DNA of 15,119 nt from Abditibacteriaceae bacterium (GTDB lineage Bacteria > Armatimonadota > Abditibacteriia > Abditibacteriales > Abditibacteriaceae): the NCBI GenBank assembly GCA_031425655.1, contig JANPJS010000071.1:1-15119 (forward strand), given 5' to 3'. Below, one piece after another: positions 7,713 to 15,118 of the stretch. The stretch's first letter is position 1. Every line of letters begins with the position of its first letter. A program made the position numbers and the translations under genes. The notes beneath the pieces were generated by a model, which did not search any database, was not told the DNA's origin, and saw nothing but the letters and a program-made list of their open reading frames with translations.

Positions 7713-9227
7713 TCAAGCCGCGAAGCCACAGGCCAACAAAAGCGCCTCAATTTCCGCCGGAGTCGCCTCGACTTTGTGCGCGGCGCGGCGCAAATCGTCG
7801 GCGTCTACGGGATACCAGTTGCTGCGGTCGGCGCGTGTCAGGCCGGCGATATTTATCGGTTCGATGGCCTGCAAAATTTGCTCACGCGAGGCGCCATTTT
7901 CGAGGCACGCACGCAGCGCCGGGCCAAAAGTCGGATGATCGTGCATCAAAAATCCGCCGGCAAGATGCGGGCGCTTCAAACGGCGCGCAGTTTCCGCATA
8001 ACTCGCGGCGGCGAAGTAAAGAAGAGACAGCGCCGCGAACTTCTCGAAGTCGTTCATCGAGCGATAAAGTGCGCTAACCATTCGCGCCGTAATTCGCACT
8101 TCGCTTCGGGTTTGCGCGGCGTAATTGTGCAGATTTTTCACCCCGCGCGGCGTGTTCCAATCATGCTCAAAAAACTCGGCCAAGCGCGCAATGCCAAGCA
8201 GCGTCAGCGGAAATCCCGTCGAAAGCAGCGGATCAACGAAGCCCGCCGCCGACGGTAAAAGCGCCCAGTTCTCGCCCGCGATTTGGCCACTGCAAAACGC
8301 CAATCGCGGCGCATACACAAAAGGCTGCGTGGCGCGTGAGCCTTCAAATTGCGCGTTAATCGTCGGAAAGCGCGTCAGTAATCGCTGCCACGCAGCGGCG
8401 CCCTCACGCAAATTTAATTCGTTCGCCAATTCGTCGCGCAATGCGAATCCGGCGCTGGTCAGGCCGTTATTAAAACGCAGAACCCACATCCAGCCGCCGT
8501 CGAAAACGTGATGCAGTGCGGCATCGTCGGCAGGATACGGTGTCGCGGAATTATCGAAAACGCCCATTTCATCCAGCCGCTTCACGCCTTCAAAATGCGA
8601 ATAAAGAGCCTGCGTTGGCGGCAAAACCGGCAACACTTCTTCGCCTAAATTCAGCGCGCGATGCAAAAAGCCGCGCGGGCCGGTGGCGTCTACTAAAAAA
8701 CGCGCGCGACACGCAAAATCTTGTCCTTGCCGCGTGCCGCGAAGCGATACGCCGTCGTCAAAACGCGGCGCTTCCAGCGCGATTCCGTCTCCATATTCGA
8801 CGCCGCAACGCGCGGCTTCTTCGACGAAAAAAGCATCGAAGTCGGGGCGAAACCAATGCGTATCGGCGATGCCGTCGTGCGGGCTGGCCGCAACTAATAA
8901 TTGATCGCGCCGCGCGCCGGAAAATGCTTCGCCCGGCGCGTGATGCAAAAACGTAAAGCCGCGTTTGAGTCCACAGCCGATTTCGGGATAGGACTGCTGC
9001 CACGCGCCCCACTTGCAAAAAGGCAAAAGGCGCGGCAAATCGTAGCGTGTGGCCAACTCTTCGAGCAGCAAATTGGCAAGAGGCGTAGACGATTCGCCAA
9101 TCGCAAAGCGCGGATGCCGGCCTTTTTCGAGCAGAATAACGCGCAAGCCCAGCCGCCGCGCGATCATCGCCAGCAGCGAACCGCCGAAGCCGGAACCGAT
9201 AATGGCCAAATCGAAATCAGTTTGCAT
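7713..9227 (-). CDS. Flavin-dependent halogenase-like FAD oxidoreductase (PrnC/CtcP-like)
   Basis: IIGSGFGG Rossmann fold, HPRFAIGESS, GLKRGFTF (candidate catalytic Lys), HWFRPDFD, LHHVFDGGWMWVLRFNN (variant of WxWxIP), AGFVDPLLSTG. Confidence 0.8.
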   Translation of the reverse strand: MQTDFDLAIIGSGFGGSLLAMIARRLGLRVILLEKGRHPRFAIGESSTPLANLLLEELATRYDLPRLLPFCKWGAWQQSYPEIGCGLKRGFTFLHHAPGEAFSGARRDQLLVAASPHDGIADTHWFRPDFDAFFVEEAARCGVEYGDGIALEAPRFDDGVSLRGTRQGQDFACRARFLVDATGPRGFLHRALNLGEEVLPVLPPTQALYSHFEGVKRLDEMGVFDNSATPYPADDAALHHVFDGGWMWVLRFNNGLTSAGFALRDELANELNLREGAAAWQRLLTRFPTINAQFEGSRATQPFVYAPRLAFCSGQIAGENWALLPSAAGFVDPLLSTGFPLTLLGIARLAEFFEHDWNTPRGVKNLHNYAAQTRSEVRITARMVSALYRSMNDFEKFAALSLLYFAAASYAETARRLKRPHLAGGFLMHDHPTFGPALRACLENGASREQILQAIEPINIAGLTRADRSNWYPVDADDLRRAAHKVEATPAEIEALLLACGFAA

Positions 9228-10194
9228 TCGCGCAAAATCCGCACGTCACTGACGGCAAAACCTGCTGTTCAAAATTCATGGCTTGCAGACGTAAGCGGCG
9301 CGCTTGGAAGCAGTGAATACACGTCGAAAACTGCTCTAAATCCCATAAATCAGCGAAAACGCGACCGCGCCGCAACGTGACGCCGTAATCTGTCGCGTTT
9401 TCCAGAGTTTGCAGGCGCGGCGGCGACCATTCGCCGCGCGATTCCAAAACTTCCATCGCGCCGTTGCCGCGTCGCGTGGGAATCAGCGCCACGACATCGG
9501 CGCCGCAATCGAAAGCGAAATCCGTCGAGCGGTTCGCCCACAATAACGCTTCACTTTCGTCCATAAACGGCGGCTTTACCAGCACAAAAGCGCGCAGCGC
9601 AATATCGTTGTCGCGCAGCATTCGCGCCGCGCGGGCGAAATCGTCCGGCGTTGCGCGTTTATTGAGGCGTTCGCTGACTTCGGGATGAATTGTTTCCAAG
9701 CCCATCGCCACTTCGAGAGCCACGCCGTGCGCGCCCAGCAAATCTCGAAAGCGCCAACACGAATCGCCAATCAACGTTGGATGAGATTCGACAATGACAC
9801 GCTCGAAACCCGCTAATCGTGCGGCAATGAATTCATAATCTTCGCTGGGAATCGCGCGAGGATCAAAAAAGCTACCACTATTATAAAGCTTGATTTTCCG
9901 CGCGTCGGGAAGTTGCTTTAACGCTAAATCAATTTGCGCCGGAATCGCGCCGGGCGGCACCGATTCAGTGAGCGTGTGCCGCCACAAATCGCACATCAGG
10001 CATTTCCACGGGCATTCGCGATTGGTCAGCAGCAGCGTTGCGACCGGCACGATTTCGCCAGACGCGGCGCGCTCGTCTTCGACCCAGAAAGCGTGTGGCC
10101 GAAAGGCGTCCACTTTGCCGCGCGGCACGTTTTCGCGCTGCTGAATTATCCAGCGGTCACGGTCGCGCGGCGCAGTGGGATAAAGGGAAACCAT
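9217..10194 (-). CDS. Radical SAM protein, RaSEA/TIGR01210-like
   Basis: CxxxCxxC (CPWKCLMC), IKLYNSGSFFD, VESHP, EVAMGLET, VLVKPPF, and C-terminal CIHC...CGFC. Overlaps the halogenase start by 11 nt. Confidence 0.85.
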   Translation of the reverse strand: MVSLYPTAPRDRDRWIIQQRENVPRGKVDAFRPHAFWVEDERAASGEIVPVATLLLTNRECPWKCLMCDLWRHTLTESVPPGAIPAQIDLALKQLPDARKIKLYNSGSFFDPRAIPSEDYEFIAARLAGFERVIVESHPTLIGDSCWRFRDLLGAHGVALEVAMGLETIHPEVSERLNKRATPDDFARAARMLRDNDIALRAFVLVKPPFMDESEALLWANRSTDFAFDCGADVVALIPTRRGNGAMEVLESRGEWSPPRLQTLENATDYGVTLRRGRVFADLWDLEQFSTCIHCFQARRLRLQAMNFEQQVLPSVTCGFCANAN

Positions 10195-10207
10195 GTGCGA
10201 ACTAAAT

Positions 10208-11419
10208 TTACGGCGCAGACATGCGGCTCAGGAAGAGAATAGCACCCGACTCGCTTTCTTGAATCGCCATCACGAACGGGCGGTTGGCGATGAACGTGAA
10301 CGGCGTGGGCGCGGCGCCGCGCAGCATGGTCATGCCGGTGGCTCCGGCGGCTTCGGTGCCCGATTCGTTGACTTCGATCACGGTTTTGTGCTTTACCTGC
10401 GAAATCCACACCGGTTTTTCGGGCGTCAGGTTGGAAAAATCGGCGTGCTGCGCGCTGAACGCCGATTTCATGCCCAATGCGGCCAGTATTTTGTCCAAAT
10501 CGGCGGAGGCGCTCAGTTTCACTTTCGGCAATTTGATGGTGCCGGGTTCGGGCATTCGCGATTGCGCCCATTCGCGCCACGTTTTGGCATCAAGACTGTT
10601 CAGCAGCGCATCCACCGAAATCTTGCCTTTGGGCAGCGCGATGGTCATTTGGTAGCGCCCGCCTTCGTAAGGCAATGTCAGCACTTGCGCCTGTTTGGCG
10701 TCCACATAGTTGAAGTCGCCGGTTTGCTCCATGAACGGCACCGAGCGTTGGCCCGACGGCGAAAAGAAGGGGCCGGGGCGCGTTTTCGCGGGGTCGAACT
10801 TCGTTTGCCACTGCCCTTTGAAGTAAACGGCGTTCACCAGCACAAGCACGCCGCTGCTGTCCAGCGCATCGAGGATGCCGGGAATTTTGCCGCCGGTGTT
10901 TTGGCGCACAAAATCGTTGATGCCGCGCAGTGTGGACGGCGATGCAAAATCGGCGCTCCGGGTGCGCGCCGCGAAAAACTGCTGCGCGTTTTTCAAAAAC
11001 TGGGGCTTGATGGCGGCGCTTTTGTTCGTCCACACGCCATTGGCGACGGCGACACGAGTGTGCGGCCCAGCCTTGGTCATCAGCGCACTAAGTTCACGAT
11101 TGGCGACGTTTAACTGGGCCGGAGTCATTTTTTTTGCACCCAGCAATTGTGCGATTTCCTGCCGGGTGCGGCCCGCCGCTCCGCTATGAGCCAGCGCCAA
11201 CGCGCTGGCCACGCTGTAAGGCGAAACGCACACCGAAGCGTTTTTCTTGCCTGCGGCCACGCGGCGCAACAGCTTAAAACCAAACTCGTTGTAGCCGTCG
11301 GCCAATGGCATGATGGCGCCCACCTTGCCATTTGGCTGACCGTGCGCCGACAACGTGCCGAAGAGGCACTGGCAACCCCACACGGCAACCGCACTGGCCA
11401 TCAAAAATCGTTTGTCCAT
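10208..11419 (-). CDS. Secreted serpin-family protease inhibitor
   Basis: Signal-peptide-like N-terminus. Serpin motifs SPYSVASALAL, GAAGRTRQEI, INDFVRQNTGGKIP, LVNAVYFKGQW, LPKVKL, hinge EVNESGTEAAGAT, FIANRPF. Purine-rich RBS region (AGGAGAGGGAG). Confidence 0.95.
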   Translation of the reverse strand: MDKRFLMASAVAVWGCQCLFGTLSAHGQPNGKVGAIMPLADGYNEFGFKLLRRVAAGKKNASVCVSPYSVASALALAHSGAAGRTRQEIAQLLGAKKMTPAQLNVANRELSALMTKAGPHTRVAVANGVWTNKSAAIKPQFLKNAQQFFAARTRSADFASPSTLRGINDFVRQNTGGKIPGILDALDSSGVLVLVNAVYFKGQWQTKFDPAKTRPGPFFSPSGQRSVPFMEQTGDFNYVDAKQAQVLTLPYEGGRYQMTIALPKGKISVDALLNSLDAKTWREWAQSRMPEPGTIKLPKVKLSASADLDKILAALGMKSAFSAQHADFSNLTPEKPVWISQVKHKTVIEVNESGTEAAGATGMTMLRGAAPTPFTFIANRPFVMAIQESESGAILFLSRMSAP

Positions 11420-11471
11420 GATTCACTCACTCCCTCTCCTACTTTGCGGGGCAGGCACCCAAAAGTGAGCG

Positions 11472-11501
11472 TTAGATAGAACGCGGCGCGGAAAATGTTC
11501 C
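11472..11501 (-). promoter_or_regulatory. Possible ECF-sigma-type promoter upstream of the serpin
   Basis: The minus strand reads GGAACATTTTCCGCGCCGCGTTCTATCTAA, a GGAAC -35-like box and a TCTA -10-like box, in the only sizeable gap within the block. Spacing is imperfect. Confidence 0.25.
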
Positions 11502-11544
11502 ATCAAGCGTGACAAGGGCCACATTTTTCGCGTTTGCGCCGGTT

Positions 11545-12864
11545 TTATCCATAAATCGCATGAAACGATTTGCGATACTCGGCCTCGCGCGACGGCAAAT
11601 GCTGATGCAATTTTTCTTCGGACATCGCGCCGTGTTGAAAACGCCGCTTGGGAAACACCGGCATTTCCATTCCCGTCACGGCACGCACGCCGCGCGCCAC
11701 GACTTCGCCTTTGAGAGCATAAAGCCGCGTCACGTCATATTCGGTCAGCGATTTAAAGGGAATCGCTTCGGCCACTTCGACGACTGCGGGACGAGTAAAC
11801 GGGCTAAAAGCATCGAAATTGTAACGGCGCGCCGGTGCGTAGGTTCGCACATAAGAACGGCTCAGCCCGCCGCTGTAAGTCAGAGAATGCTTGATTTTGC
11901 CGACGCCCCAGCCTTCCTGATACAGCATCACGTTGTTGATGACGCTGTTAATCGTCAGTTCAGGATTGACTTCGATGGGATAGTCTTTGAGATTTTCATC
12001 GCCGCCGTCGCCATCTAACAGGAAGCGCCAATCGGGATAGCGTTCGCGGATGCCCCGGCACAAAGCCAGTCCCATCGCGGCGCATTCGATGTCGAGAGGC
12101 TTGTAATCTTCGACGACGCGCACGGTTTCGCGCGCGTCCATCGCGCTGGCCGCGCCGGTGATTTCTTCGAGAAAAAGACCCAAATCTAAAGCGCGCAAAA
12201 ATTCGCGCGCTTGTTCCAAATCCGGGCCGTCGCCCATGTTCAGCGTAAAGGCTTTGAGACGCGCCGGACTGTGCCCAAGTGTGCGTAAAACGTGATACGT
12301 CGTCAGGAAAACCGCGCCGCTGTCAACGCCGCCCGAAAAACAGATGCCAATCGGCTCGCGTGCAGGAATCGCTTTCACCCATTTGGCGATTTCTTCGGCT
12401 AAGGCGCCGATGTAAGCTTTACCGATAAAGTCCAAGTCGGGCGGCAGCGTGCCGGGCATTGGTTCGAAGAAGCGCGTGTAAACCGGATCAGGGTCGGGAC
12501 AACCGATGAGTTGGATTTCGACGACGTAATGCGCGGGAACCATGCGCGTGTAGCTGGGATGAAATTGGTCACCAAAGCCTGCTTCGTTTAGCCAGTCGCG
12601 GATCGCATCCATGCGGTCGGCGACGATTAAAGCCGGGCCTTCCTGCCGCTTGGCCAGAAAATATCTCAGTGGCCTATCCAGAGAGCGCGCCAGCCGCACG
12701 GTTTTGCCTTCGCGCGCCAACAACGCGAACGAGCCGTCAATAGCGCGCACGGCGTCCGGCGCGCCGCTGAGAATGCGCGCTCGCGCGTCCTCGACGCTCA
12801 TGTTGAAAATGCGGTTGGTGGCGGGATCAGTCAAATCCACCACGCGCTCGATATATTGTTGCAT
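11545..12864 (-). CDS. Asparagine synthetase-like ATP pyrophosphatase/amide synthetase lacking the glutaminase Cys1
   Basis: PP-loop CFSGGVDSG, DGDGGDE and C-terminal PKRRFQHG. Only a degenerate Ntn remnant is present (IDGSFAL...LARSLDRPLRY); the N-terminus is MQQY. RBS AAAGGA. Confidence 0.85.
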   Translation of the reverse strand: MQQYIERVVDLTDPATNRIFNMSVEDARARILSGAPDAVRAIDGSFALLAREGKTVRLARSLDRPLRYFLAKRQEGPALIVADRMDAIRDWLNEAGFGDQFHPSYTRMVPAHYVVEIQLIGCPDPDPVYTRFFEPMPGTLPPDLDFIGKAYIGALAEEIAKWVKAIPAREPIGICFSGGVDSGAVFLTTYHVLRTLGHSPARLKAFTLNMGDGPDLEQAREFLRALDLGLFLEEITGAASAMDARETVRVVEDYKPLDIECAAMGLALCRGIRERYPDWRFLLDGDGGDENLKDYPIEVNPELTINSVINNVMLYQEGWGVGKIKHSLTYSGGLSRSYVRTYAPARRYNFDAFSPFTRPAVVEVAEAIPFKSLTEYDVTRLYALKGEVVARGVRAVTGMEMPVFPKRRFQHGAMSEEKLHQHLPSREAEYRKSFHAIYG

Positions 12865-12872
12865 AAATTCCT

Positions 12873-13178
12873 TTACGTCAGTCGAAGTTTGGGCCGTCCC
12901 GATGGCGGCAGAGGCGGCGGTTCGTCGCGTTGATTCGGGTCGAAGTGTTCAAGATGAATGCTGGGCACATTGACCGTGCTTGGCAGGTCTTCGAGATCGG
13001 CGTAATCGGATTCGTCCCAATCCACCCACACAGCGATGGTGCCGCGCGGCGCATCGTGACGGCTTGATAAAACGCGCCCTGTCAGACCGACCAGAGAAAC
13101 CGTCGGCGAGAGCATGGTGCGCCCGCCAATGACGACTTTATCGTTGAGTTGAAAGCCTCGCACTTCTTGTTTTCTCAT
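12873..13178 (-). CDS. Small hypothetical protein (101 aa), possible SH3/KOW-like barrel with a Pro-rich SspB-like tail
   Basis: Its ATG overlaps the amidohydrolase stop (ATGA, 13175-13178) and it ends 8 nt before the synthetase start. Beta-strand pattern FQLNDKVVIG...GLTGRV...IAVWVDW. Confidence 0.7.
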   Translation of the reverse strand: MRKQEVRGFQLNDKVVIGGRTMLSPTVSLVGLTGRVLSSRHDAPRGTIAVWVDWDESDYADLEDLPSTVNVPSIHLEHFDPNQRDEPPPLPPSGRPKLRLT

Positions 13179-14479
13179 AATGCGGCCTTCACCAAACGCG
13201 CGGCGCGGCGCTGCGATTCGGCGCAAATGCGCGGGGCATCCAACGTTGTTAGCACGCCTTTACGAAGCAGAATTTCGCCGTTGACTAAAACCGTATCCAC
13301 GTCACCGGCGCCGGCAGAATAGACAAGATGCGACACCACATTGTGGCGTGGATAAAGGTGCGGTTTGTCGAAATCCACGACGGTAATATCAGCGCGTTTG
13401 CCGACTTCGAGGCTGCCAATGCTGTCGCCAAGATTCAGACAGCGTGCGCCATCGCGCGTGGCCATGAGCAAGGCTTGCTGCGCCGAAATCGCCGTCGGAT
13501 CGCCGCTCGTGCCTTTGTGCAGCAGCGCGGCAAAACGCATTTCCTGCCACATATCGAGCTTGTTGTTGGAAGCGGTGCCGTCCGGGCCAAGCCCAACTTT
13601 GATGCCTGCTTTCAAGTATTCGGAAATCGGCGCGAAGCCGCTGGCGAGCTTCAAATTCGAGGTTGGATTATGCGCCACGCGCATATCGTGGGCGCGCATC
13701 AATTCGATGTCGCCTGCTTCGGGATAAACGCAGTGCGCCGCCAAAAGCGGGCCTTGCATTGCGCCGATGTTGTGCAAAGTTTGAATTGGTGCCGCGCCCC
13801 ATTGCGTTGTCACGTCCGCCACTTCGCGGCGCGTTTCGGCGGCGTGCGTGTGAATCGGCACCTTTAAATCGCGCGCGACTTTGATAATCGCGGCCCATTG
13901 CTCACGGTCGCAAGTGTAAAGCGAGTGCGGCGCCATAAATGGCGTAATACGCCCGTCGCCTGCGCCTTGAAACTCGCGCACAAAAGCGGCGCCTTTGGCG
14001 ATGCGCTGCATCGGTTCGGGTAAAAAGCCCAGCAAAACCGCACCGGGACAAGCGCGAATGCCGCTTTCGAGCATCGCTTGCACGCCTTGCTCGTAGAAAA
14101 AATACATATCGGCGAAGCAAGTCGTGCCGCCGCGCAGCATTTCGGCAATGGCCAGCAGAGTGCCCCAATAAACGTCTTCGGCTTCCAAGTTGGCCTCAAA
14201 AGGCCAGATTTTCTCGCTGAGCCACGGTTCCAGCGCCATATCATCGGCATAGCCGCGCATCAGCGTCATCGCGGCGTGCGTGTGCGTGTTGACCAAGCCG
14301 GGCATGGCCACCAAATGCGCGCCGCCAATGACGGTTTCGGCATCGAAAACGGGCGCGTTTTGCGCCGCGCCAACGTAAGTGATGCGCGAATCTTCGATAT
14401 GAAGCGCGGCGTTTTCGACGACTTCAAAGGCGCCGTTGCAAGTCACGGCGGTGATGGGAGAAAGAGCGATTTTCGACAT
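13175..14479 (-). CDS. mtaD: Amidohydrolase, 5-methylthioadenosine/S-adenosylhomocysteine (or 5'-deoxyadenosine) deaminase-like
   Basis: Motifs PGLVNTHTHAAMTLMRGYADD, WLSEKIWPFE, EMLRGGTTCFADMY, PHSLYT, HAAET, AHCV, HNPTSNLKLASG, GPDGTASNN, GSLEVGKRAD. Start at ATG 14479. Confidence 0.75.
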   Translation of the reverse strand: MSKIALSPITAVTCNGAFEVVENAALHIEDSRITYVGAAQNAPVFDAETVIGGAHLVAMPGLVNTHTHAAMTLMRGYADDMALEPWLSEKIWPFEANLEAEDVYWGTLLAIAEMLRGGTTCFADMYFFYEQGVQAMLESGIRACPGAVLLGFLPEPMQRIAKGAAFVREFQGAGDGRITPFMAPHSLYTCDREQWAAIIKVARDLKVPIHTHAAETRREVADVTTQWGAAPIQTLHNIGAMQGPLLAAHCVYPEAGDIELMRAHDMRVAHNPTSNLKLASGFAPISEYLKAGIKVGLGPDGTASNNKLDMWQEMRFAALLHKGTSGDPTAISAQQALLMATRDGARCLNLGDSIGSLEVGKRADITVVDFDKPHLYPRHNVVSHLVYSAGAGDVDTVLVNGEILLRKGVLTTLDAPRICAESQRRAARLVKAAL

Positions 14480-14521
14480 CGGAAGTTGTTGAATGCCCGC
14501 ATTAAGGATAATGCGAACCCG

Positions 14522-14558
14522 CAAAAACAGCGAGACAGCCGATTTTTGGCTGTCTCGC
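14522..14558 (-). terminator. Rho-independent terminator after the small acidic ORF
   Basis: On the minus strand: 11-bp stem GCGAGACAGCC, loop AAAAATC, GGCTGTCTCGC, then TGTTTTTG. Confidence 0.75.
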
Positions 14559-14572
14559 GTTGGTTTCGACTG

Positions 14573-14800
14573 TTACTTCGTCGCGGAAGGCGGCGAAGTG
14601 CCGTCCGTTGAGGCTTTCAAGGCATCGCGGACGCGCTCTTCGGTCGTCGCGCCTGCGATTGCGGCTTCGGCGTGGCTGACTTCAGCGCCTGTCGTATCGG
14701 ATTCGACAACATCGTCGTTGGCCGGTTGGTCGTTGAAATGCGCGCCCTGATTGGGTGCGGTGCCGTCCAAATCCACTAAATTGACTTTCGAGTTGAGCAT
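14573..14800 (-). CDS. Small acidic hypothetical protein (75 aa), probably disordered
   Basis: Strong RBS (GGAGG 6 nt before ATG 14800) and a terminator just downstream. Sequence MLNSKVNLVDLDGTAPNQG...PPSATK. Confidence 0.65.
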   Translation of the reverse strand: MLNSKVNLVDLDGTAPNQGAHFNDQPANDDVVESDTTGAEVSHAEAAIAGATTEERVRDALKASTDGTSPPSATK

Positions 14801-14855
14801 GATAAACCTCCGCCGCATTTTTAGCAGATGGCGCGCCACGATTGCGGCTTACTAC

Positions 14856-14944
14856 CAGGGCAAACGCCTTGCTCCCCAAAGGGCGTTGCTGGCCGGGTAT
14901 TTCAATGCCCAGTGACAGAAATCAGGAGCGATGCCCTTGCCCTG
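14856..14944. mobile_element. 89-bp MITE with ISAs1-type ends and a 10-bp target-site duplication
   Basis: TIRs CAGGGCAAACGCCTTGCTCC (14856-14875) and reverse complement CAGGGCAAGGGCATCGCTCC (14925-14944) match at 16 of 20. Flanked by the exact direct repeat GGCTTACTAC at 14846-14855 and 14945-14954. Confidence 0.8.
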
Positions 14945-14995
14945 GGCTTACTACCCAACGCCGAGACGATTTATAAAGCAATAGTCCGGTAAGAA

Positions 14996-15118
14996 TCAAA
15001 CAGCCCATTGGCCAATGTCGAGGCATTGAAGATAGGTGGTTTGGTGTTTATTCAAACTCAGGTCAAGACCTAAGTTTTGAAAAACTCTGTCGGTCCAAAG
15101 TTGGTTGGTGAAAAGCAG
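14996..15118 (-). CDS. Possible 3' end of an unknown gene entering from beyond the window
   Basis: One minus-strand frame is open from the window edge for 40 codons (LLFTNQLWTDRVFQNLGLDLSLNKHQTTYLQCLDIGQWAV*). No recognisable motif. Confidence 0.3.
   Translation of the reverse strand: MLFTNQLWTDRVFQNLGLDLSLNKHQTTYLQCLDIGQWAV

Noticed and set aside
10193..11113. 306-aa + strand ORF
   Set aside because: Antisense shadow of the serpin, which has all the family motifs.
11545..14800. Lasso-peptide cluster interpretation (Asn-synthetase-like cyclase plus small ORF)
   Set aside because: No B1/RRE or B2 transglutaminase-like peptidase gene, no lasso-type leader in the small ORF, and a terminator separates it from the enzymes.
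14682..15030. Short minus-strand frames (MGCLILTGLLLYKSSRRWVVS and the 14682-14879 ORF) that would join if the MITE were removed, suggesting a disrupted gene
   Set aside because: No RBS or motif, and the joined frame would overlap the better-supported 75-aa gene. It cannot be supported without homologues.
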